64,000 bases of DNA. It comes from Spirochaetia bacterium. Its GTDB lineage: Bacteria; Spirochaetota; Spirochaetia; UBA9216. Numbering within the stretch: position 1 is the first letter of the stretch; every line of letters begins with the position of its first letter. The stretch is from positions 960,001-1,024,000 of the forward strand of contig OY776510.1 in the NCBI GenBank assembly GCA_963675665.1, in the 5' to 3' direction. Below, in pieces: positions 28,733-38,085 of this stretch. Under the pieces are notes generated by a model. That model had not been told where the DNA came from and searched no databases. It was given only the letters and a program-made list of their open reading frames with translations. A program made the translations under genes and the position numbers.

Positions 28733-28754
28733 AAATAAATTTTATGGAGAAAAT

Positions 28755-29969
28755 ATGATTTTAAAAAAACAGCTTTCCACATTGACGGTTCTGGTATCAG
28801 TATTCCTGATGGGGGCAGGATGCGCCTCAACTCCGGAACTCTCCGATCATGACCTTGAAACAATAGACGAATTTACCACCGTTATAGTTCGCTCTGTCAA
28901 CACCGGCAATCAGTACGAGGCGGAATTGCTGCAAAGCGGTTTCCGCGAGTTGCTGCTTTATCTTGCCGAAACCGAATCTCCGGATTTTTTGAACGAAATA
29001 GGTTCGGTTAAAACTACCGGGGAATTCTCTTCCTTTATTGCCGGGCGGTTTGGAAAAACACCCATGGAGATAGGGCTTGATGCCTTTATCTACTGGGATT
29101 CCCGGGTTAAGTTTGATTATGAAGCAGGCAAGGATGATCTGCTGGAACTTACAAGCGAACATTTTCTTTATCGGTTCTACGAGGGAACAGCCGCATATGA
29201 TGATATAGACCGGATTATTTATCTTTGCGAAAAGAACGTTTCGGAACTGATTGCCTTTATTGACCAGGACCGGATCCTGACGAAACGGTTTCAAGAAAAT
29301 TTTGATTATCTGGAAAACAACAGAATAATCTTGGAGTTACCGCCGAATTCCAAACTGTGGTCGGGATTCAACAAGACTGCGCACATGCGTGTGGGTTATG
29401 ACTTCACTGAAAACGGTTTTGTTTCCGATATCAGTATCGCGCTGCCGTATTACAACAGCCTCAGTTCCTCAGTTCTTACTCACGAGATAACTCACATGAT
29501 CGATCTCCTGTTTAAAATTGATCTTTCTGAAACCGAGCGTTTTAGGGCTCCGCTGTCGGAAGATGAAGAGGCTGAATTTTCCGGGTGGTGGGAGAGTATC
29601 TTCGAAGATATTTTTCCTCATGATACGCAGTTCGGCGAAGGGTTTGCGGAATACACCGCGTACCAATACAGTATTTTTCATCATAATTTTCTTCTAAAGC
29701 CGGAAGAGAGGCTAAGGCAGACAAGGAGTCGCAGGCCGATTCGTAGCGACATTCTTAAGAAGCCGGCAATTGCCTTGAACAGATCACGGAGATTGCTGCA
29801 GTATGCCGAGCTGCAGAGCATGGTTACCTATTTAATTGAACGTTACGGTAAAGAAAAATTCGTTAAATTCTATTTCGATCCTCCGCTGACCGAAGAATGC
29901 TTTAACCGGTACTACGGCTTAAGCTATTCACAGGCAGAAGCCGAGTGGAAAATGTACTACGATTTTTAA
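28755..29969 (+). CDS. Gluzincin (peptidase MA-like) metallopeptidase lipoprotein
   Basis: Lipobox GAGC, THEITH, downstream EGFAEY, YLIERYGKEKF. Confidence 0.75.
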   Translation: MILKKQLSTLTVLVSVFLMGAGCASTPELSDHDLETIDEFTTVIVRSVNTGNQYEAELLQSGFRELLLYLAETESPDFLNEIGSVKTTGEFSSFIAGRFGKTPMEIGLDAFIYWDSRVKFDYEAGKDDLLELTSEHFLYRFYEGTAAYDDIDRIIYLCEKNVSELIAFIDQDRILTKRFQENFDYLENNRIILELPPNSKLWSGFNKTAHMRVGYDFTENGFVSDISIALPYYNSLSSSVLTHEITHMIDLLFKIDLSETERFRAPLSEDEEAEFSGWWESIFEDIFPHDTQFGEGFAEYTAYQYSIFHHNFLLKPEERLRQTRSRRPIRSDILKKPAIALNRSRRLLQYAELQSMVTYLIERYGKEKFVKFYFDPPLTEECFNRYYGLSYSQAEAEWKMYYDF

Positions 29970-30009
29970 AGGCGGCAGTTTTTTCTGAACATGTTTTCCT
30001 GCCAATTAC

Positions 30010-30040
30010 AAGCCCCCGAGATCTGTCTTCGGGGGCTTTC
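30010..30040. terminator. Terminator between convergent genes
   Basis: AAGCCCCCGA..TCGGGGGCTTT. Confidence 0.75.
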
Positions 30041-30113
30041 CGTTTAATATCAAGAATCAGGATTAATTGGAAAGATTTTCTACATTAGTCAAAAAAACTG
30101 CCCCCAAGGGCGT

Positions 30114-30338
30114 TCACCCGCCCCCGACAGGAGGAAAGAGCGAAAGTGTATCACCACTTTTCAGAACATGCTCCGGTCTTACATGCCGCCCGTTCACCAT
30201 CATAATCGTTGCATCCTGCCTTGATATCCCCAGATGCCCGAGAATACTATCAACGCATGCGCCTTCCTGCATATTCAGGAAATTCTCCTTTTTTCGGTTA
30301 AGTCTGAGTGTTGCAAATAGTTTGACTGTGACCTGCAT
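30114..30338 (-). CDS. moaD: MoaD/ThiS sulfur carrier
   Basis: VTVKLFATLR..VNG..LFPPVGGG C-terminus. Confidence 0.88.
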   Translation of the reverse strand: MQVTVKLFATLRLNRKKENFLNMQEGACVDSILGHLGISRQDATIMMVNGRHVRPEHVLKSGDTLSLFPPVGGG

Positions 30339-30685
30339 CAGGATGGTATCCTCTTCTTTAACCTGAAGTTTGCCTCATTGCCCTGGTTCTTACCGTAGAA
30401 TCCGAGAGCAATACGGTAGGGCCCCGGGCAGCCGGGCGGAAGAAAGGCCACCCGGTCTCCGGGATTGATTAAATATTGAAGATCCTGGACAAAGCCGTTT
30501 ACGAATATAACCTCGATTTCCTCCGGCGCTATTCCAAGTTTTTCCGCCAGCTTACCTCCGTTGATTGGCTCTTTAAGCTCCAGAGAGAGAGGAATCTTTC
30601 CGTGGGTCTTCTTGAGATAAGAGTACAGCTGAAGAAAGCCTCTTATCTCGATTATATTTTTATTTGCTGAACCCAAGTAAAACAT
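30338..30685 (-). CDS. MoaD/ThiS-like ubiquitin-fold protein lacking terminal GG
   Basis: IFVNG..PGDRVAFLPPGCPGPYR plus C-terminal extension. Confidence 0.78.
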   Translation of the reverse strand: MFYLGSANKNIIEIRGFLQLYSYLKKTHGKIPLSLELKEPINGGKLAEKLGIAPEEIEVIFVNGFVQDLQYLINPGDRVAFLPPGCPGPYRIALGFYGKNQGNEANFRLKKRIPS

Positions 30686-30687
30686 CC

Positions 30688-32490
30688 TTAAACCAGGACG
30701 GCCTCCCTTTCCGGCACTTCTTCCGGTTTCTGCGCTGCTTCAGGATCCGTGGAGTAATTATGGACCTGATCAATCTCTTCGGGGGTAAAATCCCAAACGA
30801 CATTATGCGGAGGCAACGGCTCATATTCAAAGAATTCCGGCAGCCGGTCATGAACATTAGTAAAGCCCGCCCTTTTATTGAAATCAAGCTCCGCCTTCAG
30901 AACCGATTCACCAAGTTTATCCAGGTCAGCAGCAGTCAGAGTTAGATCGTATTGAGCGTTCAGCATATCGATCATCGCCTGATAGCCTTCGGGATTGTCG
31001 GCTATACCGAAATATACGAACAGACACAGTCCGGAACTGTCGATCGCCGCCGTACCAATCTGCATAGCCCGGGCATACTCAATCTGTCCGTCCTTTTTCA
31101 GCGGATCCAGATCGGCTCCAACCTTCAGAATATTGCCGGAAATACAGTAGCCTGCCGTATGATCCGCTCCCATGGGGGTTGTGGCATAGGTCAGCCCGAT
31201 ACCCTTGACCGAACGGGGATCGTAGGCCGGAATTGCCTGCTCCTTGACCACCGGGACCCTGTAAAGACCGCAGGTTTTACCGACAACCGCACAGCCGCTG
31301 CCGAGAATTCTACCCAGAGGGGTGGGGGTCCTGATCTCCTTTACGGCATTCAGCACGGCCTTACCGTCTCCCCACGGAAGGAGCCCGCCCTCCATTGCCG
31401 TAGCCACCGCCACCGCAGTTTCGATGCTGTCCACACCAATATCATCCATTTCCCGGTCGATATAAGCGATAGTATCTAAATCCTTTATACCGGCATCGGC
31501 ACCCAGGCCCCAGATAGTTTCATATTCAAAACCGCTTGTGATGTACTTTCCCTTCTTGTCAGCATACCATTGCGAACACCGGATTATACAGCCCCGGTGA
31601 CAGCCGTGAGAAACCTTTCCCTCTCCGCCGCGTTCGGTGATCGTCTCATTCAGGGTTTCACCGCAGATATTGTCGTTATGATCTATCCGGCCTTCGGTAA
31701 AGTTATGTGACGGCAGGCCTCCTGCCTCATTCAGGATATTAACCAGAACATCGGTACCGTATGCGGCCAGACCCTGTCCTGCAACCGGGTGTTCCATTAA
31801 TGCTTTGGCAAAAACCCTGGAAGCAGCCCTGAATTTCTCCGGATCGGCAAGGGGAACCTTCCCTGCTCCGGCGTCGTCGATAACAATAGCCTTGACTTTC
31901 TTTGAGCCGAGAACCGCGCCCAGGCCGCCGCGACCGGCGCTCCTGATATTCCCGTCAGGATCCTTGAAAGAAATATTTGCAGAAGGTAATCCATATTCAC
32001 CGGCAGGACCGGCAAGACCGATTCCGACCTTCTCTCCGTATTTTTCACTGAGAATCTCTATAGCTTTGTAATTTCCGCATCCGCCGAGAATTTCCGAAGG
32101 AGATTCGTCAATCGTGACACCGTCAATATCAACTTTAATAATATAGAACTTATCATCCGCGGGCATTCCTTCAATAACCAGGGCTTTTATGCCCATTTTT
32201 GCCATCTGCTGAGAGACGACTCCTCCGGTATTACACTCTTTTATTGTCCCTGTCAGCGGGCTTTTTCCTCCTACCGAAAGACGTCCCGAGTTTGGAGCCG
32301 ATGTTCCGCTTAGCAAACCCGGAGCAAAAATCAGCTTATTGTTCCTTCCCAGAGGATGGCACGTGGGTTTTACTTCGTCATTCACAAAATTGGAAGTAAG
32401 CCCCCTTCCTCCGAGACTCCTGTATTTTTCAGGAACATCGTCCACAACAGCTTCCAGGGTCGTCATATTTACTCTGATAAATTTGTCCAT
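30688..32490 (-). CDS. aor: Aldehyde:ferredoxin oxidoreductase (W/Mo-bisPTE family)
   Basis: LGGRG, KSPLTG, AGRGGLGAVLGSK, CxxCxxxC, FEYET, YDPR, GADH. Confidence 0.93.
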   Translation of the reverse strand: MDKFIRVNMTTLEAVVDDVPEKYRSLGGRGLTSNFVNDEVKPTCHPLGRNNKLIFAPGLLSGTSAPNSGRLSVGGKSPLTGTIKECNTGGVVSQQMAKMGIKALVIEGMPADDKFYIIKVDIDGVTIDESPSEILGGCGNYKAIEILSEKYGEKVGIGLAGPAGEYGLPSANISFKDPDGNIRSAGRGGLGAVLGSKKVKAIVIDDAGAGKVPLADPEKFRAASRVFAKALMEHPVAGQGLAAYGTDVLVNILNEAGGLPSHNFTEGRIDHNDNICGETLNETITERGGEGKVSHGCHRGCIIRCSQWYADKKGKYITSGFEYETIWGLGADAGIKDLDTIAYIDREMDDIGVDSIETAVAVATAMEGGLLPWGDGKAVLNAVKEIRTPTPLGRILGSGCAVVGKTCGLYRVPVVKEQAIPAYDPRSVKGIGLTYATTPMGADHTAGYCISGNILKVGADLDPLKKDGQIEYARAMQIGTAAIDSSGLCLFVYFGIADNPEGYQAMIDMLNAQYDLTLTAADLDKLGESVLKAELDFNKRAGFTNVHDRLPEFFEYEPLPPHNVVWDFTPEEIDQVHNYSTDPEAAQKPEEVPEREAVLV

Positions 32491-32522
32491 TTCAACCTCT
32501 CTGTATGTTTTTCAGTCAATAT

Positions 32523-32538
32523 TGCAGGAAACATGCCA
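32523..32538 (-). promoter_or_regulatory. Sigma54 -24/-12 promoter of aor
   Basis: TGGCATGTTTCCTGCA on the minus strand, 33 bp upstream of the ATG. Confidence 0.82.
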
Positions 32539-32665
32539 TTTTTCATTTATCAACAAATTATCAGGCTTTTTAGTGCGGTTGCCTTCAAATTCAGGCTCTA
32601 AACTTAAAAGCAAAGAACGGAAACCGGAGAAAACGGCATTTAAGACCATATAAAACTGATAACGG

Positions 32666-32831
32666 TGTTCCAATACGTAACAACTACTTAGGTAATTTTG
32701 TTCCGTTATGGAGCAACTGTTCGAACAATGATTGTTCCATAAGGATACATGTTTCATATTTATTAGCTTTTTCACCAAATATAATCTTGTATTCGTATTC
32801 TTTACGCGCTATTATGTTCCATAAGGGAGCA
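32666..32831. promoter_or_regulatory. Four enhancer-like boxes TGTTCC-N8-(A/G)CA
   Basis: TGTTCCAATACGTAACA (32666), TGTTCCGTTATGGAGCA (32699), TGTTCCATAAGGATACA (32733), TGTTCCATAAGGGAGCA (32815). Confidence 0.7.
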
Positions 32832-32837
32832 GGACAT

Positions 32838-34721
32838 ATGGGTAAGGAATATATACAGCGGTCATTTTCCAGATGCAGAGATTTCGGTCTGGATCCGAAT
32901 CTTGTTTACAGCAAAAGGATAATTGAAGGAAAAGAGCTGGAGGAGCGACTGGAAAATAACAAGGAACTGATCATTGTAGCCGAACCCTTCATTCGCCAGC
33001 TTTGTGATTTCCTGAAAGGTACAAGTTTTTTCTCCATTCTGACCGACAGCGAAGGGTGTATCCTTTTTGTTGTGGGAGATGACGATATTCTGGAGCTTGC
33101 ATCGTCGCTGAAGATGATTCCCGGGGCTTTCATGGATGAGCAGAATATTGGAACCAACGCCATGGGAACAGCCATTGCCGAAGGAAGCCCCCTTCAGGTT
33201 TCAGGTGAAGAGCACTTTATAAAAGAATACCACCGCTGGACCTGCTCCGGCGCGCCTATAAAAAATCCGGAAGGCAGGATTATCGGATCTATGGATCTTA
33301 CCGGTAATATCAGCGGCGTACACAAGCACACCCTGGGAATGGTTGTTGCCGCGGCCAATGCTATCGAGAAGACCCTGAAGCTTAGAAAGAGCAATGAACA
33401 GCTGATGCACTCAAATCTGTTTATCGAGAAACTCATGAATTCAATACAGGCGGGAATTATCTCTTGCAGCATCGAGGGGGAAATTCTGACGGCAAACAGC
33501 CAGATTTCAGATTTGACGGGACTCGACAAGGGGTCCCTTCTCTCACAAAATATATCTGCTATTATTCCTGCCTGGCATGAGATTGAACGGGCGGCAAAAA
33601 AGGGCGAGGAGTTCCAGAACCGGGATCTGCTTCTTAATGTCAGGAGCCGAAAACTCTACTTCAACGTCAGTGCCTATCCCGTAAGCCAGAACAACAGCCT
33701 GCTTTCGGCGATTATCCTGACAATCAGGGATGTCAAGCGGGTTCGTAAACACGCCAACGAAATCATCGGCCGAAAGGCAATATATACATTTGACAAGATG
33801 GCCGGAGACTCTCCGGCCTTTAGAGAGGCTGTTGATTTTGCCAAAAGAGTAGCCGACAGCAGCTCCACAATTCTGATAAGCGGGGAAAGCGGAACGGGCA
33901 AGGAAATTTTCGCTCAGTCGATTCATAATTTCAGCAGCCGGGCGGATGAACCCTTTGTTGTCCTGAACTGCGGAGCAATACCCAGAACTCTTATTGAGTC
34001 GGAACTCTTCGGCTACAGGGAGGGGGCTTTTACTGGAGCCAGGAAGGGCGGCCAGGCCGGAAAATTTGAGATTGCCGACGGCGGAACCCTCTTTCTAGAT
34101 GAAATAGGGGAGATGCCCCTGGATATGCAGGTAAAGCTGTTAAGAGTTATCGAAGAGGGTGTTGTAACCAGGCTGGGCGGCAATGATTACATACCTGTGG
34201 ACGTGAGGATAATTGCCGCCACCAACAAAGATCTGCAGAAAGAGGTGAAAGACGGAATGTTCCGAATGGATCTCTTCTACAGACTTAACGTTCTACCGAT
34301 AAAGCTGCCCTCTTTAAGGGAGAGGAAAGAAGACATCCCGGTATTAGTAGATCATTACAGTAAAAAGCTCTCGCGAAAACTGAACAAGAGGGAAGTGAAA
34401 ATAACGGAAGAGCAGATAGATCTTCTCTGCAACTATCCCTGGCCCGGAAATATCCGTGAGCTGGAAAATGTGATTGAATTGACCATAAACTCCGGGGGCC
34501 TCCCCATTACAATGTTGTCTTCTTCCCGTCACGACGATATGGGGTTTGCATTCCAGGGAACAGCAGTTGGAACGGAGGCCCTGGAAGACATTGAAGAAAT
34601 ACATATTAAAAGGGTGCTTGAAGAAAATGATTACAACATCTCAGCCTCGGCCAGGAACCTGAAAATAGGACGGAATACACTTTATCGAAAGATGCGGTTA
34701 TTCGGTATTGATGTTGCCTGA
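32838..34721 (+). CDS. Sigma54-dependent activator, AcoR-like (GAF-PAS-AAA-Fis)
   Basis: GTNAMG GAF motif, [22 protein letters not shown], terminal HTH RNTLYRK. Confidence 0.95.
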   Translation: MGKEYIQRSFSRCRDFGLDPNLVYSKRIIEGKELEERLENNKELIIVAEPFIRQLCDFLKGTSFFSILTDSEGCILFVVGDDDILELASSLKMIPGAFMDEQNIGTNAMGTAIAEGSPLQVSGEEHFIKEYHRWTCSGAPIKNPEGRIIGSMDLTGNISGVHKHTLGMVVAAANAIEKTLKLRKSNEQLMHSNLFIEKLMNSIQAGIISCSIEGEILTANSQISDLTGLDKGSLLSQNISAIIPAWHEIERAAKKGEEFQNRDLLLNVRSRKLYFNVSAYPVSQNNSLLSAIILTIRDVKRVRKHANEIIGRKAIYTFDKMAGDSPAFREAVDFAKRVADSSSTILISGESGTGKEIFAQSIHNFSSRADEPFVVLNCGAIPRTLIESELFGYREGAFTGARKGGQAGKFEIADGGTLFLDEIGEMPLDMQVKLLRVIEEGVVTRLGGNDYIPVDVRIIAATNKDLQKEVKDGMFRMDLFYRLNVLPIKLPSLRERKEDIPVLVDHYSKKLSRKLNKREVKITEEQIDLLCNYPWPGNIRELENVIELTINSGGLPITMLSSSRHDDMGFAFQGTAVGTEALEDIEEIHIKRVLEENDYNISASARNLKIGRNTLYRKMRLFGIDVA

Positions 34722-34886
34722 AAAAACTCAAGCAACAGATGGAGAAAACATTTCAGGATTAAAAGATAATGATCCGGAAGCTCCGCCAGCCAGTTCTTTG
34801 CCGAGGTATGCGCCGAAATCCCGTAATCAAGTGTTTTAACCGGTATGAAGCTGTCATTTTTTTTGCTTTCCTGAAATGTGATTTTG

Positions 34887-34931
34887 TTATTAAATTTATA
34901 TATTACTATTAGTAATATATAAATTTAATAA
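34887..34931. repeat. Perfect 45-bp AT-rich palindrome
   Basis: TTATTAAATTTATATATTACTA-T-TAGTAATATATAAATTTAATAA. Confidence 0.9.
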
Positions 34932-34941
34932 GGAAGGATAA

Positions 34942-36123
34942 TTGATTAGGTTATTGTTTATAGCGATACCGGCTGTACTGGCTGTTTTAATACTTATCAT
35001 CATAAAAATTAATTCCGGTCCCATGAATCCGGGTGAGATTCGACGGGGAATACAGAGCCTGATAGAACGGGAAGTTAACCGGAAGAAAAATGTGAACAGC
35101 GGGATTGTTTTGATTAAATCTGATAAATATGCAATCTCTGAAATATTTTATGCAGGACTGGCAAACGGCAAAGCCGTAGGCCCCGATCAACCCTTCCATA
35201 CGGCCAGTATCGGGAAGGCCTTTACCGCAACACTTATCGGAAAGTTGACCGAACAGGGGCTGTTGAAATTTGACGACCCGGTCATACAGTATCTTGATCA
35301 AAAGGTGCTTGAGGGGCTTTTTACCTTTCGCGGCAGGGATTACAGCAACGAGGTAACAATAAGGCAGCTTTTAAACCATACAAGCGGCGCAGCTGATTAC
35401 TTTGAAGATAAAGCAGCCGGTTCGAAATCAATGAAAGAGCTTATTTTTTCGGAGCCGGACAGGTTCTGGACGCCGGTAGACCTGCTTGATTTCAGCCACA
35501 GGTTCCAGAAAACCGTAGGAGCGCCGGGAGAAAAATATCACTATTCCGATACAGGTTATACTCTTCTCGGATTAATAATTGAGTCGGTTACCGGGAAGGC
35601 TTTTCATGAGTACATGCATGAAATAATACTCAATCCGCTAAAAATGGATGATTCGTACGTGATGTTCTATTCAGCGCCGGCGAATCCTCAGAGGGAGATA
35701 TCGGACATAATCTTAAACGGTGAACGGATCAACGATTATAAGTCTTTAAGTATCGACTGGGCGGGAGGCGGATTGATATCCACTGCTGATGATTTAGCCT
35801 CTTTTATATTCGGGTTAAACAATTTCAGAATAATTTCCAAAGAGACGCTTGATGAATTATACTGCTTCGATAAAAAGTTTATGAACGGAATTCATTATGG
35901 TCTCGGGTTTATGGAGTACCATTTCAATGAATTTTCTCCAATGCTAAAATCATTTCCTGTTATGCGGGGGCATATGGGCGTTCTCGGCACGCAGATGCTG
36001 TATGATAAAGACTCGGGGACGATTGTCGTGTGCAGCTTTGGGTCTACCGATTATGCGGCAGGAAGCGTAAGGACCGTAATAAAGATTTTGAGTATGATCA
36101 GGCGCTCAGAAGATTATATTTAA
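34942..36123 (+). CDS. Serine hydrolase (beta-lactamase class C-like)
   Basis: ASIGK (SxxK), LLNHTSG, YHYSDTGY, GHMG; N-terminal membrane anchor. Confidence 0.92.
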   Translation: MIRLLFIAIPAVLAVLILIIIKINSGPMNPGEIRRGIQSLIEREVNRKKNVNSGIVLIKSDKYAISEIFYAGLANGKAVGPDQPFHTASIGKAFTATLIGKLTEQGLLKFDDPVIQYLDQKVLEGLFTFRGRDYSNEVTIRQLLNHTSGAADYFEDKAAGSKSMKELIFSEPDRFWTPVDLLDFSHRFQKTVGAPGEKYHYSDTGYTLLGLIIESVTGKAFHEYMHEIILNPLKMDDSYVMFYSAPANPQREISDIILNGERINDYKSLSIDWAGGGLISTADDLASFIFGLNNFRIISKETLDELYCFDKKFMNGIHYGLGFMEYHFNEFSPMLKSFPVMRGHMGVLGTQMLYDKDSGTIVVCSFGSTDYAAGSVRTVIKILSMIRRSEDYI

Positions 36124-36184
36124 GATCTGTTCAAGCCCGAATCCGAGACAGATCTACAGCATGGAGATATTCAACGCTGCACTA

Positions 36185-36643
36185 TCAATTCTGCACGGAT
36201 GTGGTAGAATAACAGGTTAAGGAACAAAAAATGACGGCGTTTTCAAAAAAAGAGAACTCCCTGTTTTGTTTCATTACCGCCCTGATGCTTGCGGCATTAA
36301 GCGGCGGCCGTTCTCCTGTTAAAAGGCCGAACAGAACCGGAAAAACAGCTCCGGAGAGCGCTGCAAGCGGAGATACTATGGAAACAATGCCGGTTGAAAG
36401 TCCGTGAAACAGCAACAGTACTCCCAGTGCTCCGGATACACCGCCGGCTGCTCCCCACAGCATATCACCGGCAGAAGCATTTTCGGCGCCTGTCAGAGGG
36501 GCGGCAATAAGAACTGTTAAAAGACCTGCAGCCTGCGACCAGGCAACCGTAACGGAAGCCGGGTTTTTCCTGGAGGAAAAGCCGCCGAGAAAGTCGGCTG
36601 TTCCGTAGGCAAAGGCTGACATCAGCGCATAGAAAATGACCAT
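36185..36643 (-). pseudogene. 3'-truncated copy of the EamA transporter
   Basis: First ~115 aa nearly identical to 25851-26687, then unrelated sequence after GERPPL. Confidence 0.88.
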
Positions 36644-36707
36644 GGACTGATACTATCAGTTCCCGGCTAATTGGAAAAGCGGAGATAGAGTTATAAATTC
36701 TGAATAG
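36300..36707. repeat. Direct repeat copy 2 (eamA 5' half plus 64 bp upstream)
   Basis: About 95-96% identical to 26344-26751. Confidence 0.95.
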
Positions 36708-36754
36708 TTTCTCTTTAAATAATCCGTGTTACTGATATAATGTCTGTTAACAAT

Positions 36755-37498
36755 ATGAATGAAAAGAAACATTTGACTTTTGTTTATGAAACCATAAAGG
36801 AAAAAATCAGATACCGGGAAAACGGTGTGACATGTCCTTTCTGCAACCGCGATGAATTAACTGATATTATCGCTGAAGACGGATCGATAATACTTTTGGA
36901 AAACAAATTTCCCGCTTTGGCTGATACTTATCAGCTGGTCCTTATCGAAACTGACAAGTGTTCTGAAGATATAACCACCTATGGCAAAACTCATCTTGCA
37001 AAGGTTATTTCATTCGGGATTAACCACTGGCTTGATATGGAGGCCGGGGGAAAATATAAATCTGTGGTATTTTTTAAAAATCACGGGCCTTTATCGGGCG
37101 GCAGTGTTGATCATGCTCACATGCAGATAGTCGGGCTGAATAATATTGATTACAGGGAGAATATCAGCGATGAAATCTTCGATGGAATTGAAATCTACAG
37201 AAAAGAAAACTGTGTTATAAATATCTCAACTCAGCCGAATGCCTGTTCAACCGAATTGAACATAATCACGAAACCGAGAGATGATGGTTTTATGGCGGAT
37301 AATCTGCCTGTCCTTATAAGATATGTTCTGAAGCAATGCAGCAGCTATAATCTGTTTTTCTATAACTGGAAAGGTTCGATCATTTGCAAGATAATGGCAC
37401 GATGGGTTACTTCTCCTTATCTGGTGGGCTATTCTATCCCTCATAATTCAAACAGGATTCCGGTTATTGCGGAAGAATTAAGGCGGTACTATTTATAA
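36755..37498 (+). CDS. DUF4931 / GalT-HIT-like protein
   Basis: CPFC, ENKFP, FKNHGPLSGGS..HAHMQ; ATG 36740 is an alternative start but overlaps a TATAAT. Confidence 0.8.
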   Translation: MNEKKHLTFVYETIKEKIRYRENGVTCPFCNRDELTDIIAEDGSIILLENKFPALADTYQLVLIETDKCSEDITTYGKTHLAKVISFGINHWLDMEAGGKYKSVVFFKNHGPLSGGSVDHAHMQIVGLNNIDYRENISDEIFDGIEIYRKENCVINISTQPNACSTELNIITKPRDDGFMADNLPVLIRYVLKQCSSYNLFFYNWKGSIICKIMARWVTSPYLVGYSIPHNSNRIPVIAEELRRYYL

Positions 37499-37528
37499 AT
37501 ACGGAGGACTTCCAAAGGAATACTAAGA

Positions 37529-38065
37529 ATGAATAATACTGAAACAATAAATAAGGCTTGCTGCCTGGCGTTAAAAACGAAAAGTCTCAACAACCACTGT
37601 TCCCAGGCCTGTTTGTGCGGAATAGCGCCGTATATCGGGCTTGAAGAAGGTGAAGCTCTAAAGCTTATGGCTGCGCTTGGCGGAGGAATGAGGCACGGGC
37701 AGCTTTGCGGAGCTGTTGCTGCTGCCGGAGTAGCTTTGGGGCTTGAATTCGGGGCAAGTTCCGTTAAAAAGAATGAAGAAGAAGCTAAGCGCGATGAGCG
37801 TCTGGGTGAACTTACTGTGGAATTTATTGACAGGTTTAAAAAGATTTTAAATACTACTGTCTGCGATGAAATCCTGAATTCCGATTTAGAATCCTTCAGC
37901 TGGGACATGCCGCCGGAAATAAAATTTCATAAAACCATTGATAATGAAAACGGAAATGAATTTAATTTAAAGCACCCAAATTGCGGAGTTTCAATAACGA
38001 GCGCAATAAAGATAGCTTTGGACATTATTAACAGGGAAAGAAATATAAGTAATAGGAATATCTAA
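37529..38065 (+). CDS. C-GCAxxG-C-C family putative redox protein
   Basis: HCSQA, GGGM..LCGAVAAA, two later Cys. Confidence 0.85.
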   Translation: MNNTETINKACCLALKTKSLNNHCSQACLCGIAPYIGLEEGEALKLMAALGGGMRHGQLCGAVAAAGVALGLEFGASSVKKNEEEAKRDERLGELTVEFIDRFKKILNTTVCDEILNSDLESFSWDMPPEIKFHKTIDNENGNEFNLKHPNCGVSITSAIKIALDIINRERNISNRNI

Positions 38066-38085
38066 AGGTCCGGGTTTTCTGATAT

